The notes below the pieces were generated by a model that was given only the letters and a program-made list of their open reading frames with translations, was not told where the DNA came from and did no database searches. Both the position numbers and the translations under genes were made by a program. From the NCBI GenBank assembly GCA_030632085.1, contig DAOVJY010000001.1, forward strand, positions 66,125 through 130,124: a stretch of DNA of 64,000 nt, in the 5' to 3' direction. Below, in pieces: positions 1 to 9,568 of this stretch. The DNA is from Candidatus Omnitrophota bacterium. Its GTDB lineage: Bacteria; Omnitrophota; Gorgyraeia; JAGLLT01. Numbering within the stretch: the first letter of the stretch is position 1; each line of letters begins with the position of its first letter.

Positions 1-27
1 TAAAATAATAATTAAACCTAATAACAT
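1..27 (-). CDS. N-terminus of a membrane/secreted protein running off the left edge (MLLGLIIIL...)
   Basis: ATG at 27-25 preceded by a GGAGG SD; hydrophobic start. Confidence 0.55.
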
Positions 28-57
28 ACTTACCTCCAAAAAAAGTTATCGTCAGTA

Positions 58-870
58 TTAATATGGATCTCTTACCGTGTGGGATATATTATAAATGCCG
101 CTAAGTTTGGCCCAAAATTTAAAATTATTATCTCTGTTTGTAACTTTTATCCTTCTTATAGCATAAGGGTCATCATTTGCTAAAGATTTATCAAAACCTC
201 TATTAGTCGTAAAGGCCCCCAAATACCCGGCATCTTTTAATATTTTCTGCGCCTGTATAGTATATCCCCCGGAACAGTAAGCAAAGAACTCAACCGGCTT
301 ACAGGTTAACTGTTCAAGTTTCTCTTTTGAACCGCGGAGCTCTTCGTATAATCTCACCTTTTTTAAAGAAGGAACATATTTTTCATTTAATGTATGGCTG
401 GCAATAACAATTCCGTCCTTTTGCATCTGCCTGATTTCATCAACGCTTAAATAATCTTCTTCGCCTATTTTGTTAACAACTACAAATATAACCGCCGAAA
501 ACCCATTCTCTTTAAGCACGGGGTAAGCATAGGTATAGTTATTTTTATAACCATCATCAAAGGTAAGCATTACCAGGTTCTTAGCGGACTTCTCTTTACC
601 ATCTTTAAGTATCTGTGAATACTCATAAGGAGTAATAACCTTATAGTTATTGCTCTTTATAAAATTCATCTGCTCTTTGAAGCGTTCCGGGGTAACATTA
701 ACCGTATTTCCATCCTCCGGAGGGCTTATATTATGATACATAAGAATAGGTATATCGTAGTGGTTTGCCCTCACGCAAAAATAACCGGCCGCGAGCCCGA
801 TAACCAACAAGAGAATACTTATTATAGTAACCTTCAAGACAACTCTTAGTAATTTTAATAAAACAGCCAT
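58..870 (-). CDS. Membrane-anchored polysaccharide deacetylase (CE4/NodB)
   Basis: PILMYH, TFDDGY and SHT motifs; N-terminal TM. Confidence 0.9.
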   Translation of the reverse strand: MAVLLKLLRVVLKVTIISILLLVIGLAAGYFCVRANHYDIPILMYHNISPPEDGNTVNVTPERFKEQMNFIKSNNYKVITPYEYSQILKDGKEKSAKNLVMLTFDDGYKNNYTYAYPVLKENGFSAVIFVVVNKIGEEDYLSVDEIRQMQKDGIVIASHTLNEKYVPSLKKVRLYEELRGSKEKLEQLTCKPVEFFAYCSGGYTIQAQKILKDAGYLGAFTTNRGFDKSLANDDPYAIRRIKVTNRDNNFKFWAKLSGIYNISHTVRDPY

Positions 871-881
871 ATAATTCTATC

Positions 882-2351
882 CTATCTTTTTTTAGGCTTC
901 GAAAAATGAGCCATAGCATAACTAATTAAAGCCACCATAAGCAAAACTCCCCAGCCCATAACAAGAATAACGCTCCGGGGGTAATCTTCATAAGGGGTTT
1001 TTAAATCAGAATACAGAGATGTCGCTAAAAGAAAAATGAGCAATGTGGGTATTATATACTTAATCAAATAACTCCACCACACCCCTATCCTTATTTCAGA
1101 AACATCATTTATATACTTTCTTAACTTCTCGGCTCCGTATATCCATCCGACCGCGATAACTTCAAGAAGGCCTACAAAAACCAAACCATAACTGGTGATA
1201 AAATGATCAACTATATCCAGGTAATATAAACCGGCAGTCGTCGTAAATACCACCCCGCTCAAAAAACCAAAAACACAAACATATAAAGATACATCTTCCC
1301 TTCTTAAATGAGTATATTTATCACTAACTACCGTGGTTACAGCCTCAACTAAAGAAAAAGCGCTATCAATGCCCAGTGTAATAAGCATCAGGAAAAATAA
1401 GGCCGCGAAAACGGGGGCACCGGGAATCAAAGATAATGCCTGCGGGAAAACAATAAAAGCAAGTTTAGGCCCGGAAGCCGCTAAAGTATGAACCGGAATA
1501 TTCTGCTGAACACTCATATAGCCGAGTGTCGCAAAAACAGCAAAACCGGCAACAATAGAAATGCAGGAATTAACAACCGATATAACTACCGCGTTTTTCG
1601 CGATATCGCTTTCCTCATGCTGATAGCTGGCATAGGCGATCATAACCCCAAAGGCCAGGCTTAAGGTAAAAAATATCTGGCTCATGGCTGCCGACCAAAC
1701 TTCAGGATCTAATATAGCCGCCCAATTGGGTTTTAAGTAGTAAGCTATACCATCATCGGCACCCGGAAGCGTTACCACTCTCGCGACCAATACTACCAAG
1801 AGGATTATAGGTAAAGGCATTGTCAAAGTTACAACCTTACTGACACTCTTAATCCCCTTCCATATAGAAAAATATATTAAAAACCAAACTATAATAAGAG
1901 CTACCAATATAGAACTGACGATAACGCCGCTCTCAAAAGGACTACTACTTAATCTGATTACATCTTCAGTGAAGAACTTGGCTGTCTGATCGCCCCAAGC
2001 CAGGTTAAAGGAAAATTTAAAATATAATAACGACCAGGCCATAACAACCGCGTAGTAACTAACTACCACAAAACCGCACAAAACGGCTCCGAAGCCTATT
2101 GACGAAAGCATATGTTTTATTTTACCGAAAGAACCGCTAGCCCCCAACTGCATACGCTGGCCTATAGCAAATTCCATCATTAGCAATGGAATTCCCATCA
2201 AGACAAGCATAACAACATAGGGAATTAAAAAAGCTCCTCCCCCATACTTTCCGGCCAAGTAAGGAAATCTCCAGACATTACCCAAACCAACGGCTGAACC
2301 AACTGCCGCGAATATAAATATCAGCCTTGAACTCCAACGAACTCTTCCCAT
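882..2351 (-). CDS. Sodium-dependent transporter, NSS/SNF family
   Basis: GSAVGLGNVWRFPY...GGGAF signature; multiple TMs. Confidence 0.95.
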   Translation of the reverse strand: MGRVRWSSRLIFIFAAVGSAVGLGNVWRFPYLAGKYGGGAFLIPYVVMLVLMGIPLLMMEFAIGQRMQLGASGSFGKIKHMLSSIGFGAVLCGFVVVSYYAVVMAWSLLYFKFSFNLAWGDQTAKFFTEDVIRLSSSPFESGVIVSSILVALIIVWFLIYFSIWKGIKSVSKVVTLTMPLPIILLVVLVARVVTLPGADDGIAYYLKPNWAAILDPEVWSAAMSQIFFTLSLAFGVMIAYASYQHEESDIAKNAVVISVVNSCISIVAGFAVFATLGYMSVQQNIPVHTLAASGPKLAFIVFPQALSLIPGAPVFAALFFLMLITLGIDSAFSLVEAVTTVVSDKYTHLRREDVSLYVCVFGFLSGVVFTTTAGLYYLDIVDHFITSYGLVFVGLLEVIAVGWIYGAEKLRKYINDVSEIRIGVWWSYLIKYIIPTLLIFLLATSLYSDLKTPYEDYPRSVILVMGWGVLLMVALISYAMAHFSKPKKR

Positions 2352-2430
2352 TCGCTCTCCTTCGCTTACTTAATTTATTCAATTATATCAAATGATTGGT
2401 ATTTTTTCAAGCCGCTTCATATATATTATT

Positions 2431-2467
2431 ACCCCACTGTTCTACCGCGGCGGTGGAACAGTGGGGT
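2431..2467. repeat. REP-like palindrome, CCACC-N5-GGTGG family
   Basis: accccactgttctaccgcggcggtggaacagtggggt; near copy at 31174. Confidence 0.85.
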
Positions 2468-2477
2468 TTGGTCGGTT

Positions 2478-2506
2478 TTGTAAATATTTAAATTTTATGG
2501 TATAAT
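2478..2506 (+). promoter_or_regulatory. sigma70 promoter of the prepilin gene
   Basis: TTGTAA-N17-TATAAT with extended TG. Confidence 0.6.
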
Positions 2507-2525
2507 ATTTATAGAGGTACAGAAA

Positions 2526-3065
2526 ATGCGAAAAAAAGGTTTTTCTCTGATAGAGTTAATGATTGTACTTGTTATAATTGGACTGCTTATTAGCCTTATA
2601 TTCCCGGCGGCAAAAAAAGCCCGTGATGGCGCCCTGCAGAGGCAGTGCGCTAATAACCTTAATCAAATAGGAGTTGCCCTTATTCTTTACGCTAAAGACA
2701 ATAATGGAAAATTCCCGGATCCAGTTGCTGAATACGGCGGCGATAGCGACGCTTATAGATATGCCGCTACACTGGTTAGTGAAGAATATCTGCCTGATGA
2801 TGATAAAATCTTTGACTGCCCGGGAAGCCCGCATATAGGCACAAAAGATGATCCTGATTATTTGTATGGGAATACCATAGATAACTATAATAAAGACGGA
2901 ACCTCTGCCGGACTAAACCCTGACTATCCTTATACCGTCTATACGCCATCGGAAAGAATACTCTGCGGCTGCAATAATTTAGGTAATCCTGACTACGAAG
3001 GCCCGCACACAAAGGGTATTAATTATCTCAATATAGCCGGGCGTGTATATTGGGAAGAAGATTAA
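2526..3065 (+). CDS. Prepilin-type N-terminal cleavage protein, PVC DUF1559/H-X9-DG-like
   Basis: KKGFSLIELMIV; AR..A....C.NNL.QIG; FDCP; C-terminal H-X9-AG. Confidence 0.85.
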   Translation: MRKKGFSLIELMIVLVIIGLLISLIFPAAKKARDGALQRQCANNLNQIGVALILYAKDNNGKFPDPVAEYGGDSDAYRYAATLVSEEYLPDDDKIFDCPGSPHIGTKDDPDYLYGNTIDNYNKDGTSAGLNPDYPYTVYTPSERILCGCNNLGNPDYEGPHTKGINYLNIAGRVYWEED

Positions 3066-3073
3066 TTACAGGA

Positions 3074-4219
3074 CTATCCCGAATCTGTTACTAAAAGATT
3101 GTCCTTAGAAAAAATGTCATATGCCTTATCCAGGGCCGCTATAAACTTCAAGCCCAATATCCTGAAAAACACAGCAATAGGCAATAAAAGCATATTAGCG
3201 ATAAAATAGGCGCAAATTACAGCCGCGATACCAATTAATCCAAAAATAAACCCGACAACTACCTTAAGCCCTAACGGCAGTAAGCTTAAAATCCCCATAG
3301 CAAGCATAAAAAGTAAGGCTCCCAAAAGCATCACTACAATAACGAAAATTAGAACAATTAACCCTGTAGCGATAGCTGCCGCGATACCTAAGCCGCAACT
3401 TATAAAAAAGAAAGCCGCGCAATTACCTATATTCTTTTTAAGAAGCGCGCCTGCCTCATTCCATGAAGAGATAAAAGCCTGCTTCTTTTTATACATAATG
3501 GGGGTAACTAAATTCTCAACAAAGAAATATATTAAGCCCGCCGCCAATAAAAGCAGTATACATAAAGCGATATGAGGCATAACGCTTCCGGCCGCTTTAA
3601 AAAATTTAACATCGGCATTTTGATTAAATACTCCCACCGCTTTCAAGGAAACATAACCCCTGAAAATAATCAGCCCCAGAAACCCTAAATAGGCAATGCC
3701 ATAAAATAAATAAAAAAGAAACAACTTATTTCCTATAAACTTATTATTAGCCCAGGGCAGTTTTATCGAGCCGTCATTTTTTATTATATCCTCAATAAAT
3801 ATAAACCTAAACCTTGAACTGAGCCAGGTAAATATAACCATAATAAATAAGAATATTACACCTACAATGCTGACAACGATATATCCGGCCGCTTCATTAA
3901 ATATCCCTTTTGACTCATTGATAGAGCTTTGAGACTCAAGCGGTTCCTGTTCTAATAAGGCGGGCATAACCTCAGTGCTCTCATCTGCTTCAGCAAAACC
4001 TGAAGGCTGAAATATCATTCCGGCAGAGGGGCAACTTCTAACGGCATTATCATTTGTTTTATTACCCGGGAAATTTAAATTCATATTAAAACTTAAATAT
4101 CCGGCCATGATCGCGATAAAAGTTAAAGCGATCCATTTCCTAAGATTAAAAGTTTTAAACAAAACATTAACCATCCAATCAAAAGAATCTTTTATAATAT
4201 TACCAAAGGAAATATCCAT
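3074..4219 (-). CDS. Hypothetical multi-pass membrane protein
   Basis: 381-aa ORF, several TM segments, AGGAGG SD. Confidence 0.75.
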   Translation of the reverse strand: MDISFGNIIKDSFDWMVNVLFKTFNLRKWIALTFIAIMAGYLSFNMNLNFPGNKTNDNAVRSCPSAGMIFQPSGFAEADESTEVMPALLEQEPLESQSSINESKGIFNEAAGYIVVSIVGVIFLFIMVIFTWLSSRFRFIFIEDIIKNDGSIKLPWANNKFIGNKLFLFYLFYGIAYLGFLGLIIFRGYVSLKAVGVFNQNADVKFFKAAGSVMPHIALCILLLLAAGLIYFFVENLVTPIMYKKKQAFISSWNEAGALLKKNIGNCAAFFFISCGLGIAAAIATGLIVLIFVIVVMLLGALLFMLAMGILSLLPLGLKVVVGFIFGLIGIAAVICAYFIANMLLLPIAVFFRILGLKFIAALDKAYDIFSKDNLLVTDSG

Positions 4220-4241
4220 TAACGCCCTCCTTTAATACTTC

Positions 4242-5912
4242 TCAGACTATAGGATTATCCCTATTTTCATCTGTCCCCTCTTCATCTTCACTTGGAGGTT
4301 TAGGTTTATCTTCAGATGCATCGGGCAGCTTCAACTCATCTTCCGAATTTATATCCGGCATCTTTAAATCTCCCTCATTAATTTCCGGCATTGAAGGATT
4401 CTTAGGCTCCGCGATATCCTCTTCAGGAGGTTCGGGTTCATTCTCTTTTGGTTTTTCAGGTTCTATGGATGGTTGCTGAGGAGGCAGCTCCTCTTTCTTT
4501 GGTTCTTCCGCGGGTTTTTCACCCGCTAAACTACCACCGGATAAAATAATTTCATCATCATCCGGCACTTTCCCCTGAAGCTCCGGCTTGGCCGGCTCCT
4601 CTTGCTGAAGTTTATCGCTATCTAAAGATCCCATGGTCTTATTGCTTACATCGGGAAACGGCACACCCTCCGCGGCGGAGTCTGCGGCCCGCGCCTGTTT
4701 ACTAAAAGCCGAAGTTTTATCAAGTTTTATCTCTTGCTCTTCCGCGGTTATCGTTGGCTCAGATAATACCTGTTCATCATCAACATTACTCATATGACCG
4801 GAAACAGCGGCAAGTTTCTCATATATCGGCCAGTCTATAAAAGCTAATATCATCAAAAACACAAGCACTACTAATCCATTTACAACAGGGATTAATAATA
4901 AAAATGCCGGCGCCGGTGAAAAACCGGCTTTCCTTAAAATGCGGGCAAAGAACCAAACACACAAAAGACTCACAAGAACAAAGGGGATTAAAATAATTAT
5001 AGCCATTCCCCCCATAAGGGCAAGTATTGTATTGAAAGAAAAATCCAGTGGACTTGAAATCGTACTGGAAGCTAGCGTCTCATCCAATGAAGCGGCTACA
5101 GCAGTTCCAACCGCCGGAACAAAGGTTATAGTTATCTCTTTGTTTGTCTCAATCATCATCCCCTCAAGGTCTTTAAATATCGCTTGAGCCTGCTGAGCGC
5201 TTTGAGCAGCCTGCAGTTGAGTGAGAACCTCCGGCTTATCCAGAATTTTATCAAATTCAATATCAAACAAAGTGATAGTATTACCGCGTACATGCCGCGC
5301 GTTAGTGGAAATTATCTTACCGTTAACTTCAACTAATCCCGCGAAGTGCATTCCGGTAAACATCTGCTTCATCATAGCCGCTTCGGTAGCTGAAGGTTTT
5401 TTAACCTCCGCTTGCTCCGCGGCGGCGTCAGCCTTAGCGGAATCTTCCTGTGGAATCATAATTTTCAAAGTAGGCTTATTTCCTGACTTATCAAAACTAA
5501 AAGTGACAAACTTCTCATCCTGATCTGGACCTTGAGCCCCTTCCATCTCGGGGGCATCTCCCTGCTTAATCTTTATCTTTGTTACATCATCAAATTCAAA
5601 AACCGCCTGAGCATATACCGCTTTATCATTAGAGGAAGTTTTAAAATCAATTAATTTGACATTCTGCCCATATTCAGCGGCTTTTTCTACAAAGTCTTTC
5701 TCCTTAAAGAGATCTTTCTCACCTATAAGCTGTCCCTCTCCGGCGGGAATCATCTGCTGCATCTGTTTGATGACTTCTTTGCTCATTCCCATAGTCTCGG
5801 TTATAATACCTGAACCATCACCGTTAACTGTAACCTTGGTCGTTGAATCAATGCAGCCTGAGATTGCTAATGAAATAATTATTACAGATAGTAAAAGTAA
5901 CCGCCTTCTCAT
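4242..5912 (-). CDS. Lipoprotein with C-terminal membrane module and Pro/Glu/Asp-rich disordered tail
   Basis: Lipobox ISGC; two TMs near aa 300-360; acidic tail. Confidence 0.75.
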   Translation of the reverse strand: MRRRLLLLSVIIISLAISGCIDSTTKVTVNGDGSGIITETMGMSKEVIKQMQQMIPAGEGQLIGEKDLFKEKDFVEKAAEYGQNVKLIDFKTSSNDKAVYAQAVFEFDDVTKIKIKQGDAPEMEGAQGPDQDEKFVTFSFDKSGNKPTLKIMIPQEDSAKADAAAEQAEVKKPSATEAAMMKQMFTGMHFAGLVEVNGKIISTNARHVRGNTITLFDIEFDKILDKPEVLTQLQAAQSAQQAQAIFKDLEGMMIETNKEITITFVPAVGTAVAASLDETLASSTISSPLDFSFNTILALMGGMAIIILIPFVLVSLLCVWFFARILRKAGFSPAPAFLLLIPVVNGLVVLVFLMILAFIDWPIYEKLAAVSGHMSNVDDEQVLSEPTITAEEQEIKLDKTSAFSKQARAADSAAEGVPFPDVSNKTMGSLDSDKLQQEEPAKPELQGKVPDDDEIILSGGSLAGEKPAEEPKKEELPPQQPSIEPEKPKENEPEPPEEDIAEPKNPSMPEINEGDLKMPDINSEDELKLPDASEDKPKPPSEDEEGTDENRDNPIV

Positions 5913-5923
5913 ACGGATCTCCT

Positions 5924-6190
5924 TTATTTATTACTGTTATCTATTGTTCCCTGACTTAACTTTTCATATATAGGCCATTTACCAAAAGCCAGCATAATAA
6001 TGATAATTAATGCTGCCAGTTGGCCTAAGCCCGGCACTAAAATTAAAAGGCTTAGAGGCCCGGGATAACCTGCTTTTTTTAATATCTGCCAGAAGCAAGT
6101 TATGACAAGGGCGGTAATAGCCAGCGCAAATATAAATATAAAGACCAGACCTATTCCAAAATCACCTGCCGCACATTGACTATAATCCAT
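5924..6190 (-). CDS. Small two-TM membrane protein, paralogous to the membrane module of 4242..5912
   Basis: Shared IL.KAG..P....LL.P...LAF..WPIYEKL; AGGAGG SD. Confidence 0.8.
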   Translation of the reverse strand: MDYSQCAAGDFGIGLVFIFIFALAITALVITCFWQILKKAGYPGPLSLLILVPGLGQLAALIIIIMLAFGKWPIYEKLSQGTIDNSNK

Positions 6191-6231
6191 TATATAACCT
6201 CCTGTTTAAACTTTTAGCCAAATAAGGGTTA

Positions 6232-6460
6232 AGACATAAGTACAAAGTCACAAGGCATAAGTCATAAGAAACAAACAAACACCAATAACCAAGAAACAAT
6301 AACCAAATAATAACCAATGACCAAATTCGAATAACCAAACTAAAACAAGAAAAACTGTTTGATTATTGTTTTTCTACTCGCTAGCCGCTAATAAATATTC
6401 GCTTTTTGCTGAAAGCTGATGGCTGAAAGCTGAAGACTATAAGCCATTTGCTATTAGCCT
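6232..6460. repeat. Mosaic heptamer-repeat array
   Basis: cacaagt-, caatgac-, cgctaat- and gctgaaa-like units; 6302-6368 matches 60489-60555 at 66/67. Confidence 0.9.
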
Positions 6461-6705
6461 TTCTAACTTTAGCCGTTTTATGTTATTATAACACAAAATA
6501 AAAGCCTTGATGCTGATTTTGTGTTTATTCACATATAAACGCTATCTCTAACTTTTGTATTAACGATATTTAATTATAGCATATACTTTTAAAAAATTTA
6601 AAATTATCAAGAAAAAAGGCATATCTAATTAAAGATACGCCTTGGTTTTCTTTTTATGTCAGGATGCCTTATTCATATACAATCTGATGTAAATGATAGC
6701 CTCAT

Positions 6706-7128
6706 TTAGAGGCTTAACTCTCTCTCAAGCACTCTATCAGCGTCCATAAAAGACAAGCCGGTATCGTATCCTGATTTTATTTTAGCGGTCGGAGAAGTCC
6801 AAATAATCTTGGCACAATACTCTCTGTTTTTCAGCGATTTTTTCAAAAATCTCATCTTAATTCTTAGGCCGACATTTAAATTGCGGTTTAACGGTTCATC
6901 CATCTCTACTTTAAGATGGCAGTCCCTATTAAATATCCAACCCGCGCATTTATCACAGGTTGAGCAGTTCCAACCGGAAGGCCATTTTAGACGAACTCCA
7001 CCGCTTGAAATATCAGATGCCTTTACCTTTATTAAACCTGTGAGAGGAGTTATAAAGTTACGTTTAACCAATTGACATTCTACGGCCAAATCCATATTAG
7101 TTCTTTTAGAACTACGTTTTTCATGCAT
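6706..7128 (-). CDS. PilZ domain protein with Cys-rich insertion
   Basis: RSSKR (RxxxR) and DISSGG motifs; CSTCDKC...C insert. Confidence 0.8.
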   Translation of the reverse strand: MHEKRSSKRTNMDLAVECQLVKRNFITPLTGLIKVKASDISSGGVRLKWPSGWNCSTCDKCAGWIFNRDCHLKVEMDEPLNRNLNVGLRIKMRFLKKSLKNREYCAKIIWTSPTAKIKSGYDTGLSFMDADRVLERELSL

Positions 7129-7270
7129 TAGTTTATCCTTTAATAATAAATATGTTAAATATAGACAAAAAAATATGACCTTATAGTATCTGCCAATACA
7201 TTAGCACCTATATTTTGTTATGTCAATAGTAATATATTGTCTTTTTGAGGTAAAATCACTACTTAGGGTT

Positions 7271-7495
7271 TTACTTAAGGGCTCTGACTGAATTTCTGAT
7301 CATAAGCTTCGCTTTAAAAGTGATATGTTTAGCTTTAAACTTATGCTCGGCAGATTGCTCAAGAAAAAGCCGGGCGGCTTGCTTGCCAATATCTACTAAT
7401 GGCTGACTGACTTTAGTAAGGCGCGGAGTTACGTGGATAGCCTCCAAAGAATCATCAAAGCTCACTGTAGAAATTTTCAATTGCCTGTGATACGT
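7271..7495 (-). pseudogene. 3' remnant of a LacI-family regulator (sensor-domain end)
   Basis: IS.VSFDD...PRLT.V.QP...IG..AA..L...KLMIRNS; no HTH, no proper start. Confidence 0.8.
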
Positions 7496-7554
7496 GATGA
7501 TAAAACAATAAAAGACGCCTTCTTAAAAAATAACTTACGCATAAGGCTAAACTA

Positions 7555-8871
7555 CTACTCCTCTTTTTTAAGAAAACCCTTTGACTTAGTGGGAATTTGA
7601 TTAAATAATTCAGATACGGCTTTATAGCCCGGTTTGGGGTCGCGATAACCGGTCACTATTCCCCAGTGTTCTTCGATATGATCATCTAAAACAGATGGTT
7701 CCCCGGCTTTCCACCAACCGTCTGACCACTGAAAAATGATTATACCCGCTGTGTGTTCATTGGTAATCTCTATTTGCGATTTTAAAACCTCATATTGTAA
7801 TTCTTCGTTGATATAAGTACTGTATCCGGTCTCCATAATAACAACCGGCTTATTATATTCAACGGATATATTCCGTATATTAGTAACGGCTTCTCTGGCT
7901 TTGGCTAATCCCAGCCACTGCCCGTGGCCTCCAATATAAGCGTTAAGCCCAATAACATCCAAAAAATCAAAGCCGACATCGGTTCCTATGTGCCCCAGCA
8001 TATTTGAGGCGGTTACAAGATGATCAGGATCAGCTTCTTTAACGGCATCATAGATACCCTTCAGGAAAGTATTGACACCTTCGAATCCATAGCGCTTGAC
8101 CACATTCCCACCGTGTTTACCCCAGGTAAAAGGAGCATCGTTCCAGATACTCCACATAAGAATACATTTTCTATCTTTATCTCTTTTCACAATCCTTAAG
8201 GCCTCTTCCTGAAGATCCTTTAATTCATCGTTTGATTTAAAATCGGTCCAGTCTCCGGGATAAACTATATTTTCAATTACCATTATATTATATTTATCAG
8301 CTAAATCTAATATTTCAGGCGGTAGCGGTTCGTAAGTTCTGATACAGTTTATACCTGACTCTTGCATCATTTGAAAATCTTTTTCAAAAACTTCAGGCGG
8401 TATTCTATAATAACCGCCCATACCCCCTAAGCAACCGGGATAATTAATGCCGTAAGCAACGCCTTTTACGAAAAAGAGCTCGTCGTTAACATAAACACGG
8501 CCGCCTTTGGTATAAATTCTGCCATCCGCAACGGCTTCTTCAATAATTGCGTCTATATCATCATTCTCAAAGATCTCAAAAGCGTCTTGTATATCTTCCT
8601 CAATTCGTCTAGACTCTTTCTGGGCGGACCAATGACTTCGCAATGCTTCGTTTTCCTGAGCCGAGGCCGGAACAACTTTATCAATCTGTGAAGCCGGATA
8701 GGTAATCTCTCCTATCTTAAGCTCTATAGTCACATCACCGGAGCTTTTCATTACAATAACTCCCTTGATGATTCGGCCGTTTTTTAGATGCAGCTCATCA
8801 CCAGAAGCCGAAAAAGAAAATGACCCAATAAAAAATAGAGCTAAAAATATAAATACTATTATTTTTTTCAT
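7555..8871 (-). CDS. Secreted clan GH-A (GH2-like TIM barrel) glycoside hydrolase
   Basis: Signal peptide from MKKII at 8871; KGVAY, GINCIRTY, WSIWND, KPVVIMETG, EEHWGI. Confidence 0.8.
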   Translation of the reverse strand: MKKIIVFIFLALFFIGSFSFSASGDELHLKNGRIIKGVIVMKSSGDVTIELKIGEITYPASQIDKVVPASAQENEALRSHWSAQKESRRIEEDIQDAFEIFENDDIDAIIEEAVADGRIYTKGGRVYVNDELFFVKGVAYGINYPGCLGGMGGYYRIPPEVFEKDFQMMQESGINCIRTYEPLPPEILDLADKYNIMVIENIVYPGDWTDFKSNDELKDLQEEALRIVKRDKDRKCILMWSIWNDAPFTWGKHGGNVVKRYGFEGVNTFLKGIYDAVKEADPDHLVTASNMLGHIGTDVGFDFLDVIGLNAYIGGHGQWLGLAKAREAVTNIRNISVEYNKPVVIMETGYSTYINEELQYEVLKSQIEITNEHTAGIIIFQWSDGWWKAGEPSVLDDHIEEHWGIVTGYRDPKPGYKAVSELFNQIPTKSKGFLKKEE

Positions 8872-8965
8872 ATTAAACACGTTTTTCCCCGGGATAATTA
8901 AGCATATCATATAGACCAAAAAAAGTCAACTTTGTGAAATTTATAGTATATACTTGGTATAAGGC

Positions 8966-8993
8966 TTGACATTGATTATATATCGGTTATAAT
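8966..8993 (+). promoter_or_regulatory. sigma70 promoter
   Basis: TTGACA-N16-TATAAT upstream of AAGGAG SD. Confidence 0.7.
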
Positions 8994-9020
8994 CAATCCA
9001 ACTTTTTAAAGGAGTTTATA

Positions 9021-9563
9021 ATGAACTTGGAAGAGCTTTGGCAAAAAGCCCTTGAAAAAACGGAAATACACAGAGCGCGCTTAAATAGGCTGCATACACT
9101 TAAAACCACGGAACTCCCTTATGTTCTCTTGGCGGAATCCTCGGTGAACGAAGGTGATACTGTAGTAAGAAAAGGCTCTATTAAGGTGGACAAACCGATT
9201 ATTGTCATGCCTGAACATTACCCGATGTTTGATGGTTTTAATTTTAAGGAAGATTTGGATGTCAGTGATGATAACTTAAGGTCTTTTCTTTTGATGAGAG
9301 GTATAAGCTTACCTTCCCTAAAATATTCCAACAACACATACTCGGTTGAAGTTTATGAAGGGTCTTTAAGTAAGGCCATCGCCCACTATAAGAATTTACT
9401 GCAGAAACAGGAAGATGTTCGCCTGGGCCTGGTTATCGGGCCGGATGAGGCTTGGAAGTTTTCATTGGTAATCTATGTCGCCTCTATGATTTCAAAATCG
9501 GCTCAAAGCGACATTAAATCCTTCCTGGACAAACTTAAAAAAGACGATTTAGATAACCGGTAA
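9021..9563 (+). CDS. Hypothetical cytoplasmic protein
   Basis: 180-aa ORF with strong promoter and SD; no family recognised. Confidence 0.75.
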   Translation: MNLEELWQKALEKTEIHRARLNRLHTLKTTELPYVLLAESSVNEGDTVVRKGSIKVDKPIIVMPEHYPMFDGFNFKEDLDVSDDNLRSFLLMRGISLPSLKYSNNTYSVEVYEGSLSKAIAHYKNLLQKQEDVRLGLVIGPDEAWKFSLVIYVASMISKSAQSDIKSFLDKLKKDDLDNR

Positions 9564-9568
9564 TCTGC

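Noticed and set aside
2431-2467. Integron attC interpretation of the palindromes
   Set aside because: Too short, no RYYYAAC/GTTRRRY boxes, and no integron integrase in the window.
6232-6460. Possible CRISPR array or DGR template/variable repeat (67-bp match to 60489)
   Set aside because: No regular repeat-spacer period, no cas or reverse transcriptase gene, and both copies are non-coding.
9021-9563. Well-expressed-looking hypothetical protein as part of a novel system
   Set aside because: No motif or context links it to its neighbours; kept only as a feature.
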